In this document: in pieces, positions 18,015 to 27,543 of the stretch | Layout of the letters: each line of letters opens with the position of its first letter | Numbering within the stretch: the stretch's first letter is position 1 | Assembly: GCA_024239015.1 (NCBI GenBank) | Contig: JANBVM010000002.1 | Location: 8,204 to 53,762 of the forward strand | Length of the DNA: 45,559 nt | Direction of reading: 5' to 3' | Origin: Patescibacteria group bacterium | GTDB lineage: Bacteria > Patescibacteriota > Minisyncoccia > Minisyncoccales > JANBVM01 | Translations under genes and position numbers: made by a program | The notes under the pieces: model-generated | Told to the model about the DNA's origin: nothing | Database searches by the model: none | The model's input: only the letters and a program-made list of their open reading frames with translations

Positions 18015-18413
18015 TTAATTTTCTACAATTATATCAAATTGACCGTAGAAAGCTTTAAAGAAATCTGACAATAAAGCTTGTGCGTTCTTTAAATCATTAT
18101 CTACTTTCTCTTTAAGGACATCGTTGACTAATATCAAGATTAATTCGAGGTTTCCAATTGTTAGGCAAGGGCTTTTATTAAACTCTTTTTTCTCTTTGAA
18201 AATCTTATACAGATAATGAATGAGTTTCAGAACCTCTTTCTCACAGCTCCTTTGGATTCTTTCATTGAGTAATCCCCAATAATTAATATAAATGAGTTCA
18301 AGAGCAATAACAAGATTTTGATAATCTCTTTCTTTGAATATCGGAATCTCAAATTTTTTTGAATTATCATATACTTTTGTCATATTGCACCACCTAACTC
18401 CGATAATACACAT
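18015..18413 (-). CDS. Hypothetical protein
   Basis: 132-aa ORF that overlaps the upstream gene by 20 nt, consistent with operon packing. Confidence 0.55.
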   Translation of the reverse strand: MCIIGVRWCNMTKVYDNSKKFEIPIFKERDYQNLVIALELIYINYWGLLNERIQRSCEKEVLKLIHYLYKIFKEKKEFNKSPCLTIGNLELILILVNDVLKEKVDNDLKNAQALLSDFFKAFYGQFDIIVEN

Positions 18414-19122
18414 CCTCTATATTTTTATGTCGCCTATATTTCTTATTCATTATTTCTCGTGCTAATTCCTCATCTGATTTCATTAGTATGTCTTTGTTAA
18501 GCAATTTCTTCTTAATTTCCTTAATATCTTTTTTAACACCCCTTAAGCCAGAAGATTTAGCAGATTTCCCTCTCCTTCCTTTTTTCCCGCGCTTTCCTCG
18601 TTTTCCTCTCTTTGGTTTATCATTTTTGTTCTCCTTGTTTTTCATTTTATCCCTTTTGGATTTCTTATCATCTTCCTCTTTTGGTTTTTCTTCTTCAATT
18701 TTTTCCCTTCTTTCTTCTATCTCACGGAAATTCTCTTTTTCTTTTAGAAGAATATTACTGTAATTCTCGTAATCGTTTTTTTCTTCGGCATCTGGTAAAT
18801 CACGATTTTCTTCTAATCCCGTATCTTCCAAGGAATCTTCTTTGTCATATGGCTCATAAGTATTTTCAGCTTCCAACATATCTAATGAATGTTTTTCGTC
18901 TAACGGCACATATTTTTCAGATTTTATATCGTTTTCATTGTCAGATTCTTTATCAAATAAAGAATCATCGGGATCCTCATCCTTATCATTATCTAACTCG
19001 AATGAATCATCGTCATTAATACTATCATCAAAATTTTCTTCCAAATCAGTCAAGTGATAATCCATCTTTTGGTTTAGTTTCTTTAAATTTTCTGATATAA
19101 ATAAAAGGTAACCCACATTCAA
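18394..19122 (-). CDS. Polyampholyte protein: highly acidic N-terminal half, lysine/arginine-rich C-terminal half
   Basis: D/E-rich stretches (DDSINDDDSFELDNDKDEDPDDSLFDKESDNEND) are followed by KPKRGKRGKRGKKGRRGKSAKSSG. Confidence 0.6.
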   Translation of the reverse strand: MNVGYLLFISENLKKLNQKMDYHLTDLEENFDDSINDDDSFELDNDKDEDPDDSLFDKESDNENDIKSEKYVPLDEKHSLDMLEAENTYEPYDKEDSLEDTGLEENRDLPDAEEKNDYENYSNILLKEKENFREIEERREKIEEEKPKEEDDKKSKRDKMKNKENKNDKPKRGKRGKRGKKGRRGKSAKSSGLRGVKKDIKEIKKKLLNKDILMKSDEELAREIMNKKYRRHKNIEDVYYRS

Positions 19123-19137
19123 GACATTTTGATTTTG

Positions 19138-21798
19138 TTATTCTATATCACCTCTTAATTTATTTGGTAACTGGTCTCGATTTTCTTGAAAAAAATCCTT
19201 AAAACTTAATTCTCTCTTAGGTATATTCTCAATCCTATAATCCTCAGTTCTAAAGAGATATGAATCTGAACCCCTTTTTAGCATACAAATTCGCTCATCT
19301 AACCGAGAGATTAATTCTTGTTCTTTCAAGTCATTAGTGAAGTGTTGAGCACTCTTTAAGGATTGGTTAAATAGGAAAAACAAGCATGGAATATTAATAG
19401 CGGAGTCATATAGTCCCTCAGCGGTCTGGTCTGCTAAAAATAAACAAGTTCCTTTAGAACGGAACTCCCTGATGAACACGGAAAAGATTTTTCGGAATGA
19501 ATCCATGGCGATAAAATCATCATCATCAGGATTAACATTTTCGGGTTTCGATGTTAATTGATGTGCTTCATCTAAAACGATAATTCTTTTTAAATTTTCT
19601 TCCTCTCTGTCTGGAATTAATGTTCTAAACATCTGCAATATCAATGTTGATAATAAACGCTTTTCTGGAGCACTACATCCAGATAAATCCAACATGACTT
19701 TCTTACCATTAAATAACACATCTTTCACCCATAGAGGAATTTTATCCCTTACTCTTAAACCACTTATTATATCCGAATTGGTGAAGAGCGTAGTGAATCT
19801 ATGTTTAATGGCTTGAACTATTCTCATTTGAAGTCTTGCATCATAAGGATTCTTTTCTAAATATCGCAAAAGCTCACTGAATAAATGGTTAATATGATCT
19901 GGTACTCGTAATTTATTAGTATAAAAAGTTGTTAAAGTATTATTTAAGGCATTAACAACGACATTTTTTAAACCAACCGAATAAACCAGACATTCTGAAA
20001 TTTCGTTTAAACACCGTTGAAAGTTATCATTAAAAACAGCATAAGGAACTTGGAGTCTTTTATCCCCCCATTTTAAGCAATAATCGGAAGGGTATAATTT
20101 CTTTTGGGCCCCTTTAGCAAGGTTAATAATCAATACTCCAATTTTGGGGCTATGTTTCTTAATATGTCTCAGAATGTTTGCTATTAAGTAAGTTTTCCCC
20201 ATTTCAGGTTTTCCAACAAGTAATAGTGAACTCCTTAATGATTTAATTGGGATAATTGCTTTTTTTTCAGAGATTACACCATCTAATAGATGGTTTCCAA
20301 TAATAATTTCTGAAGAATCTCCCTTGGGAATCCTTCTTAAGTTAAAACTCTGAGTTTCGTAAATAAATCTTTTTTGGACGGGTAATTCTTTAGCAAGGTC
20401 AAAATCAAGCAAATATGATGTTAAAAATTGCCCAGAAAAAAAGTTTGATTTATAAAAATCAACAATAACGCCTTTGCGAACTTTTTTCAATTTTGCGGGC
20501 TTTTTCTCATTTCTCCCGGCTATTGCAATATTATCGATTATTCCTTCAATCATATTTTTTCTTGCTTTTTCTATGTGATTTAACTTAAAACTAACGAAAA
20601 TTCTGACTCGAAATAAATCATCTTGCCACAATCTTGAGAGCTGTGATCTCTCTTCCTCATCCCTATACTCTAATATTTCAGCTTCTTCTTTTATCTTAAC
20701 CATCCTTTTTCGATAGACTTTCTTCCAAACAACATATAGGTTTATATCTTCTGCTGTAGTTTTGAAAGCACTAATAAAACTCTGAATTACTTTGATTTTA
20801 TCCAAGAACGGCGGTTTTGGAAGCTTAATTTCATAAAAATTATTATGTTTTACATCATAAAGCTCATTTCGAGTTATCGGTTTTATTTCAATATCAACAT
20901 CTAACCCTCGATATTGTGTTTGTAGCTGTGCTTTAAGAGTTTGCCCCTTTCTGATCGCTAATTTCTCAGAGGGAGACTTTAACACGAATGAAAACTTAAA
21001 GTCATTGTGACATCGAATCTCTATTCCATAAGTATCATTTGTTCCTAGTAAATCCTTTATCCAAGTACCGTAATAATCGTAGTTAAACCTTTTATTTTCA
21101 ACATTATGCTCTAACGCTAATTGAATGATTGTGAGTTTTGTTTGCCAAAAAAGGATTTTTCTTGAACGAATATCCTTCGGTAATACACCAAAAATACTTA
21201 ATTGAAGACTATGGACATAAGATACCAATAATCGATAACAATATTCATAGGAAACAAGGTTTAGGATCGACATTAAGATAATTGAACAGACTGCGAGAGT
21301 TAAGAAATCATAAAGATATGCAGAATAAAATAGAATTGCAGTAATGATAAAAGATATCAAAATCCTAATAAACAGTTCAATATTCGGGTTAAAAATAACA
21401 AGAAAAGATATAAATAGTAGTATCATGGTAATAGAATTTAAAAAAAGCTCTCCACTGATACCTAAAACAGTTATATGTGAGAGTAAAGTGATAACCATCA
21501 ATGAATTACTGCTCACATTTCTCTTTCTCTTATAATTTCTCAGGTAAAAATCGCTAATTAAGAGAATTAATATCAAAATCCCTTCTAAATAGAAAAACAA
21601 TTTTATTTCTGGGTTACTATAATCTGAGATACGGTTTCCCATGATTGTGAAAATTATAATGAGTGTAAAAAATATTATCAGCGAAAAAGGGTTCTTTTTG
21701 TTATCCCTTGCTAATAAAGAGTTAGAAATTACAATAGATAGGATAATTACCATAGCATACCCGATTGTATTTAAGGAAAAGAGCGACATATCAGTCAA
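19138..21798 (-). CDS. Membrane-anchored FtsK/HerA/VirB4-superfamily P-loop ATPase (about 7 N-terminal TM helices)
   Basis: Residues 1 to about 215 are polytopic hydrophobic. Walker A is LLLVGKPEMGKTYLIANIL. Walker B is RIIVLDEAHQL. The downstream GTCLFLADQTAEGLYDSAI is a typical motif of DUF87/VirB4/TraG-like ATPases. Confidence 0.85.
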   Translation of the reverse strand: MTDMSLFSLNTIGYAMVIILSIVISNSLLARDNKKNPFSLIIFFTLIIIFTIMGNRISDYSNPEIKLFFYLEGILILILLISDFYLRNYKRKRNVSSNSLMVITLLSHITVLGISGELFLNSITMILLFISFLVIFNPNIELFIRILISFIITAILFYSAYLYDFLTLAVCSIILMSILNLVSYEYCYRLLVSYVHSLQLSIFGVLPKDIRSRKILFWQTKLTIIQLALEHNVENKRFNYDYYGTWIKDLLGTNDTYGIEIRCHNDFKFSFVLKSPSEKLAIRKGQTLKAQLQTQYRGLDVDIEIKPITRNELYDVKHNNFYEIKLPKPPFLDKIKVIQSFISAFKTTAEDINLYVVWKKVYRKRMVKIKEEAEILEYRDEEERSQLSRLWQDDLFRVRIFVSFKLNHIEKARKNMIEGIIDNIAIAGRNEKKPAKLKKVRKGVIVDFYKSNFFSGQFLTSYLLDFDLAKELPVQKRFIYETQSFNLRRIPKGDSSEIIIGNHLLDGVISEKKAIIPIKSLRSSLLLVGKPEMGKTYLIANILRHIKKHSPKIGVLIINLAKGAQKKLYPSDYCLKWGDKRLQVPYAVFNDNFQRCLNEISECLVYSVGLKNVVVNALNNTLTTFYTNKLRVPDHINHLFSELLRYLEKNPYDARLQMRIVQAIKHRFTTLFTNSDIISGLRVRDKIPLWVKDVLFNGKKVMLDLSGCSAPEKRLLSTLILQMFRTLIPDREEENLKRIIVLDEAHQLTSKPENVNPDDDDFIAMDSFRKIFSVFIREFRSKGTCLFLADQTAEGLYDSAINIPCLFFLFNQSLKSAQHFTNDLKEQELISRLDERICMLKRGSDSYLFRTEDYRIENIPKRELSFKDFFQENRDQLPNKLRGDIE

Positions 21799-21857
21799 TC
21801 ATCATAATATTATATCATTTATTTATCATCTAATTATAAAAACGAGTCGGAAAAATG

Positions 21858-21876
21858 CCTTAAGAACGACTTAAGG
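21858..21876. promoter_or_regulatory. Perfect 7-bp stem / 5-nt loop hairpin in the leader/promoter region of the ATPase cluster
   Basis: ccttaag-aacga-cttaagg, located 60-78 bp upstream of the 21798 start. Confidence 0.25.
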
Positions 21877-22326
21877 TATCAATAAATCAATATTTTATAA
21901 TGTTAGCAAAATAAATAAGGTCCACCCCCATTAATACTATATAATTGTTCTTGAAATGTGCAAACAGCAACCCAGAAAAGACGCATTTGTTCTTTTACAT
22001 TCTCTATATACTTAATTTCTGATAATATCATGATTCAGCTGATAAAACAATTTTTTGATATCATTTTTTAAAGATAATTAATAGTAAAATTCAATTCCTT
22101 AGAGTTTAATCAACTTTTTATTGACATAAAATAGGAACTGATTATGTAGCAAACAACTTATTAATGACATTCTTATCAAAAACAATTATTTAATATCATT
22201 CTTTTCCATTTTTTAACAGCTGCAATTCCTCGAGTGAAAAAATATCTCGAGATAAAAATTAAATGAATTTATATTGTCAAATTTTCATTTTAAATTTAAC
22301 CTTGAATAAAAAACTATTTAATACTC

Positions 22327-23460
22327 ATGACAAATGAGGATTTAGATACATTTTTGGATTTTAATATCTATTCAAATCATATTAAATCAAACAGGAAGAA
22401 AAATCTATTACACTCCATAGCAGAACGAAATCTACAAATCATTTTAAAGGATGTTTGTCCAGAATATCATCCCGTGAATGAAAGCAATGTTAATGGAGGA
22501 AGAGTTGACTTAATCTACTATTTTGACTCAATCGGGCATTCAATTCACTTTGAAATCTTTACCTCTTATTCTACAGTAATAAAGGACTTGAGATTATTAG
22601 AGCAATCAGAGTTCGATATTCGAGTAGCAATTCTAATTGATGACGAGATAGATCCATCCATTTCCAAGAAGTATTTTAGAGAGAAGCCGATTAATCCTTT
22701 TCCATTCTTTAATTTGAACCAAATCTTTATGGATAATAAAATCGAAACTTTTAAGCGAGAAATTAGCAATTTAATCAAGACTTTTAAGCTCAGTATGAAA
22801 TCTGAAGTGGTAGGATCGGATTTAATGCCGACTAGATTGGTTAAAAGTTTTCGCGTGTTTAGCCCATCCAAAAAAGATTTATTAGATTTAGATGATATCA
22901 ATTATTCTATCGCTAAGTTAAATAAGGGTGCTGTCTCACCTAAAGCAGAAGAACGGATTTTAAAGGATATTTCTAATAATCTATCAGACATCGCCTATAT
23001 CGAAACATTGAAAGAAGATAGTAAAATAACCCTAAATAATCTTTTAGAATTTTTGTTAGATTATTTGCAAGGTAAGGGAGAAACTACATTAATCGGTGTT
23101 TTAGAAATTCTGACGTGGTTATGCAGATCTGAAATGTTAAACGAAGCCAAATCCATATATCATAATTTTATAAAAACCTTATTTGATGAGAATAAACGCT
23201 ATTATGAGTTATTAGAGATTTTATTTTGGTTTGGCCATTTTGAGGATCGAGTTCACTGGCTCTCAATGGCAATAGACGAAAAAGACCTTAATTTTATAAA
23301 TATCTTAACAGGGGATTTAGGGTCGCCAAACTTTCGTGAACAAAAATTAAAGATCAGGGATATGCTGTATGAAAGGTTAGATATTTATGAGCTTGATAGC
23401 GACAGTCTGGAGATTGTTCAAAAAATTAACTTTCTCCTTGAAGGGCTAAGGAATATTTAA
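22327..23460 (+). CDS. Hypothetical protein; possible degenerate PD-(D/E)xK-like N-terminal domain plus helical-repeat C-terminus
   Basis: IAERNLQIILKDV...GGRVDLIYYFDSIGHSIHFEIFTS resembles an E...D...ExK nuclease core, but the lysine is not evident. The C-terminal half is alpha-helical. Confidence 0.55.
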   Translation: MTNEDLDTFLDFNIYSNHIKSNRKKNLLHSIAERNLQIILKDVCPEYHPVNESNVNGGRVDLIYYFDSIGHSIHFEIFTSYSTVIKDLRLLEQSEFDIRVAILIDDEIDPSISKKYFREKPINPFPFFNLNQIFMDNKIETFKREISNLIKTFKLSMKSEVVGSDLMPTRLVKSFRVFSPSKKDLLDLDDINYSIAKLNKGAVSPKAEERILKDISNNLSDIAYIETLKEDSKITLNNLLEFLLDYLQGKGETTLIGVLEILTWLCRSEMLNEAKSIYHNFIKTLFDENKRYYELLEILFWFGHFEDRVHWLSMAIDEKDLNFINILTGDLGSPNFREQKLKIRDMLYERLDIYELDSDSLEIVQKINFLLEGLRNI

Positions 23461-23502
23461 AAAACTAAATGAAAAAACTAAAACAGAAAGGACACACGAT
23501 AG

Positions 23503-24909
23503 ATGAGTGAAGGAAATAACGAAACGATAGATCATGAGGAAATTAAGATTTTTCAGAAATTCATTCATTTTTCGCAATTGTTAGATCCAAAGATAGAAAC
23601 TATTTCTTTATCAGAAAGTAAATATATTGCTAAAATTTATTTCAAAGAATCTAGGAAACTCTGTTTCTCCTATGAATATGAGGGTAGAGAGGAAAAAAAA
23701 ATCTGGATTTATCGAAATATAAAAATTGAGGAAGAGAATGACACTCTTATGAGAAAACTTTACTTGCTTGAGCTCTTTTTTACAATTCCTTTGAGATTCG
23801 ATATTCGAACTATCAAAATACAAAATTTTCCAATTAATAAAAATGATATGATGGAATATTTGGATGAATATAATAAATCATATCAAAAAAGATTAGTCCC
23901 TCAAAAAGAAATATTTTCATCTGATAATAAGTCTCTCCAGTCGGGCGTTTATCAAATTACAATTGTCAGAAAAAATCATTATATACCTCAAGGATATTTA
24001 AGGAAGTTCGAATGTGAAAGTAAGCCTGGCTATATATATAATTTTAAATTAATTGAAGCAAAATTCGAAGAGTCTTCTGGAGTTGATCCCGTGAAAATTG
24101 AAAATATCTTACATATCAAACATTTCTATTCTTTAGGTATGGAATTAATACTAAAAAACATAGAGGATGCTTTTTACACTATTAGGAATAAAATTATATC
24201 GGATAATAGTCTTAAAAGGATTGTTTATGAAGAAAAAATATCCATTGTGAGATATATATTTGCACAATACCTTAGAACTCCTCTAGAAAGAAATAGATTT
24301 GTCAATCAAGCAAGAATTATGTTAGAAAGCCTCTATTCTAACCGAGTTAATCAAAAAATCAATAAAGATGAGATTTATATTGAATTTAATGACTTATATA
24401 TTCGGTTAATGCTTGAAGGTGGAATATATCAATTTTTATTTCCCTCACCAAAAGAGACACGACAAGTAGAACTAATTAACTTTTACTTAAAGAATAAATG
24501 GAAATTGATATCAGCTGGAAATATGAAGTTTAACACTTCTGATAATCCGATTATTATGCATAACGATTGTTATGAGCCGATTATTGATCAAGATTATATT
24601 GACACTCTAAAAACCCCCAATTCCAAAATCTTTGGAACAAAAAGACCACATGGTTTAATGGAACCCGGTATTCAGTTATATTTTCCAATCACACCCAAGC
24701 TCTGTATTCTCATTTATAATCCACAATTTGGCCAAAGATTATTAAAACCCGTTGAAATAAATGAGCAGGGTCTAATCCAATGTTATCAAAATATATTATC
24801 ATCCAATAATAAGATCAGAAACTTTTTGAAGAGAAAATTAAATCAAAAGAGAAAAAAAAGAGAAAAATTTGTTGAACTCCATTTAAATGTTAAAATTGAA
24901 GAATTTTAA
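23503..24909 (+). CDS. DUF4238-like protein with about 155-aa N-terminal extension
   Basis: KNHYIPQGYLRKFE matches the H-Y-[IV]-P-Q-x-Y-L-x-x-F opening motif as I recall it for DUF4238. Later FNTSDNPIIMH and LYFPITPKLCILIY are also reminiscent of that family. Confidence 0.55.
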   Translation: MSEGNNETIDHEEIKIFQKFIHFSQLLDPKIETISLSESKYIAKIYFKESRKLCFSYEYEGREEKKIWIYRNIKIEEENDTLMRKLYLLELFFTIPLRFDIRTIKIQNFPINKNDMMEYLDEYNKSYQKRLVPQKEIFSSDNKSLQSGVYQITIVRKNHYIPQGYLRKFECESKPGYIYNFKLIEAKFEESSGVDPVKIENILHIKHFYSLGMELILKNIEDAFYTIRNKIISDNSLKRIVYEEKISIVRYIFAQYLRTPLERNRFVNQARIMLESLYSNRVNQKINKDEIYIEFNDLYIRLMLEGGIYQFLFPSPKETRQVELINFYLKNKWKLISAGNMKFNTSDNPIIMHNDCYEPIIDQDYIDTLKTPNSKIFGTKRPHGLMEPGIQLYFPITPKLCILIYNPQFGQRLLKPVEINEQGLIQCYQNILSSNNKIRNFLKRKLNQKRKKREKFVELHLNVKIEEF

Positions 24910-24924
24910 ATATTTATAGAATTG

Positions 24925-24930
24925 TTTTTT
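24925..24930 (+). terminator. Oligo-T tract after the DUF4238-like gene
   Basis: T6 run 16 nt after the stop, the archaeal-type intrinsic termination signal. Confidence 0.3.
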
Positions 24931-24973
24931 GATTTCCTATTTATCTCTAAATTCATATTCTAGTAGAGAATTG

Positions 24974-25022
24974 AAAAAAAAATTCAAAGTTGCGAAAAAA
25001 AGTACAAAAAGTTGTAAAAAAA
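24974..25022 (-). terminator. Four consecutive oligo-T tracts (minus strand) downstream of tfb; phased A-tracts on the plus strand
   Basis: The runs are A9 (24974-24982), A7 (24995-25001), A5 (25006-25010) and A7 (25016-25022). Read on the minus strand they are T-runs beginning 31 nt after the tfb stop. Confidence 0.45.
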
Positions 25023-25052
25023 GTTCAGTAGCTACTTATTATCAGCTCCTCA

Positions 25053-26090
25053 CTACTCTTTATAAAAAATTGGTTTTAATAGATTAACATAATGGTCTCT
25101 AATCGAATATTCGGCAATTTTCGTGGCCTCAGATATGACGGATTGGGTTAGAACTGCTTTTGTTCCAAATTCTTTAGCTACTAATTTATCGGCTAAATAT
25201 ATTGTAGCACCCGCCAATATAAATGGATGCCTTCCCCCTCTTTGCCATTGTGTTAAATTTTTTAAAACAATTCTGCAAGTCTTAGTCAGTTTACATAAAT
25301 ATTCTTGTTTTGTCCAAAGGGATTTTTTCTTTTTCAGTCTCTCTTCTATGCACTTATGGTTGATTACCTCACTTAATAGTCTGGTAAGGTAATCTTCACT
25401 TTTATGATGGGCAGTTTCCTTATGTATAAGATGTCTATATCGCATTCCATCTCTAAGAATTAATCGAGGGTTGACTCTATGACCTAATTCCTGAAAAGTC
25501 TTTGAAAGCTCACGAATCGTGATCGGTGCGTTATGATATTCCTTCCTTATAGCATAAAAGATGCTAAAAGCAATTAGAGAAATATTATTTATAATTTTTT
25601 CTCCACTATTAATTATTTTTTGAAAATAATAAGCACTATTATTCCGGATATTACTATTTAGATTTAGAGCAAGAGCAACCTTATTGAGAATATTAAAAAC
25701 TCTGTATTCTGTTTCTCTCCCCTTTATTCTTGATAACTGGTCGTAATTTTTCTTTAATCTTCTAAAGAGTTTTTGCCCATTTGGGCGTAAAAGCTTCCCA
25801 CATTTATCTTTTATATATTTTGTGTTTTCATAGTCCATAAATGTACCTAATCCCCCCACGAAATCAGGCCGCTTACCTAATGCAACAAATTGCTTAGACA
25901 AACCATCTTTTATTTCTGAATTGTTGTGAATGAAGGAAGATTTTTTATATGTAGGGTTAATAACTAACCCACAATCCCTACAAATCAATTCAAACCCATT
26001 ATTCCATATTTTTCCTTTACATTCAGGGCATAAACCATCATCTTCTTTACCTTCAATTTCAATATTAATTACAGTTATGATTATTTTCAC
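25053..26090 (-). CDS. tfb: Transcription initiation factor B (TFB/TFIIB homolog), GTG start
   Basis: The N-terminal Zn-ribbon is CPECKGKIWNNGFELICRDCGLVI. Two cyclin-fold repeats follow (RVFNILNKVALALNL...SLIAFSIFYAIR; FILAGATIYLADKL...ISEATKIAEYSIRDHY). Confidence 0.9.
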   Translation of the reverse strand: MKIIITVINIEIEGKEDDGLCPECKGKIWNNGFELICRDCGLVINPTYKKSSFIHNNSEIKDGLSKQFVALGKRPDFVGGLGTFMDYENTKYIKDKCGKLLRPNGQKLFRRLKKNYDQLSRIKGRETEYRVFNILNKVALALNLNSNIRNNSAYYFQKIINSGEKIINNISLIAFSIFYAIRKEYHNAPITIRELSKTFQELGHRVNPRLILRDGMRYRHLIHKETAHHKSEDYLTRLLSEVINHKCIEERLKKKKSLWTKQEYLCKLTKTCRIVLKNLTQWQRGGRHPFILAGATIYLADKLVAKEFGTKAVLTQSVISEATKIAEYSIRDHYVNLLKPIFYKE

Positions 26091-26221
26091 CTATCTGAGA
26101 TATAATTATATGATGTTTGTATGATATTCATTATAGTATCATATTATAAAAAAAATATATAAAGATAACCAAATTAGAGAAGGAGAGACCTAATTAGAAG
26201 TAAAAAAAGGAAGAAATAAAA

Positions 26222-26383
26222 TTAGTGCGGGGCTTTATTCTTATTCACAGTTTCTTCTTTCAATTTCTCAATTGAATTTAAAATTTTTTTATAATATTGC
26301 TCATAGGTAGAATCATCAGGAAAAATTTCAATGAGTTTTTTATATCGGGATTTTAATAACTTCAAGTCTCCTAAAATATTCAT
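26222..26383 (-). CDS. Small hypothetical protein (53 aa, below the ORF-track cutoff)
   Basis: My translation is MNILGDLKLLKSRYKKLIEIFPDDSTYEQYYKKILNSIEKLKEETVNKNKAPH*. It shares an RY..L[IV]..FP[DN]D..Y[EQ]..Y motif with 34946-35221. Confidence 0.3.
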   Translation of the reverse strand: MNILGDLKLLKSRYKKLIEIFPDDSTYEQYYKKILNSIEKLKEETVNKNKAPH

Positions 26384-26711
26384 GATGTAGTTTACATCTC
26401 CCCAACATTAAATTTAGTGTAGGAGTACACCAAAAGATAAAAATCCAATGTGATTAAAGAATAATAAACTCCTGTATTGTTTATCAGGGGGTGATTATAA
26501 CAATGAAAAAGTATGAGAAATGTTCTCTTATTTCTCCTGTAATTTTGGGATTTGTGAAACACCATCAAATTTCTATTTTTCATATCTTTTTACCCCCATT
26601 CGGACACAATTTTTATGCTGATAATATGATATGTATATGAAAATCTCCCTCCTAATTTTCGTCTAATGTGCCTTCATTTTTAATATTGTTGTATTTAAAA
26701 TGAACCCCAAT

Positions 26712-26996
26712 TTATATTTCCAATTGTCTAAGCTTCCGACTCATTAATTTTCTATTTAATATTCTCTGAAATTCATTCTGAGAATGTTCTAATTTAGCAA
26801 AAAACTCATCAAGCTTATTAAAATTGTTAAAGAAATTTGTCTCCCCATTAACAGTTATGTCAACCCCCTTGGGGTCAAATTTAATCTTCGCATAAATCCC
26901 CCCATTATGTGGGTCGTGTCGGATAAAAGTGAGATAATCTGCTTTCTTTTTAGCCCAAAATTGTTTTTTTAACAAATAATTTCGATACATACTCAA
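26712..26996 (-). CDS. Hypothetical protein
   Basis: 94-aa ORF with no recognisable motif. Confidence 0.45.
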   Translation of the reverse strand: MSMYRNYLLKKQFWAKKKADYLTFIRHDPHNGGIYAKIKFDPKGVDITVNGETNFFNNFNKLDEFFAKLEHSQNEFQRILNRKLMSRKLRQLEI

Positions 26997-27231
26997 AATT
27001 TTTACCCTCTTTTTTTATTTACTTAAATTTTCTTTTTTAACTGGGTTTAATGTTGAAGGTTAAAAGTACTTCCCCCGAAACGCATATTGAAATACTATAA
27101 AAGCCAATAGCTTTGTTTATAGAATCCAAGTAAAAGAATTTGCTTTAAGAATTTATATACCATTTCAACAAACAATTCCTCAGCGAATTTCATGAAGCCA
27201 TTTAACATTCTTTATTAAATCTTTAATGATG

Positions 27232-27543
27232 TTAATAATCCGATATACTTTCGGATAAACTTTCCCAAATTCCTAAAAATTTTTTAAAACTTCGTGCTTT
27301 TAGATTTTCGATTTTGAAACGGTAAATCTTAATCCTTCCAAAAACCTTTAAGTGAATTAAATCCCTTTCTACTAAGAAATCTAAATGTTTTTTGGCATTC
27401 GTATAATTTAGTTTTAATAGTTCAATGACTTGAGAAATACTTAACTCCTCATTTATAGCCAAGAATTTTAGAATTTTGACTCTTGCTCTCGAACCAAATA
27501 CATCTTCAAATGGAGTTTTAACGATCGTTTGAGCTGTTGTCAT
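27232..27543 (-). CDS. ArsR-type winged-helix regulator, translationally coupled to orc1/cdc6
   Basis: RARVKILKFLAINEELSISQVIELLKLNYTNAKKHLDFLVERDLIHLKVFGRIKIYRF is a wHTH. Its ATG overlaps the orc1 TGA (ATGA at 27540-27543). Confidence 0.7.
   Translation of the reverse strand: MTTAQTIVKTPFEDVFGSRARVKILKFLAINEELSISQVIELLKLNYTNAKKHLDFLVERDLIHLKVFGRIKIYRFKIENLKARSFKKFLGIWESLSESISDY

Noticed and set aside
26390-26710. Spacer with scattered C/G runs (ctcccc, caggggg, accccc, ctccctcc) as a possible structured ncRNA.
   Set aside because: Only imperfect short complementarities were found (for example atctcccc with ggggtgat, 7 of 8), which is insufficient to propose a fold without covariance data.
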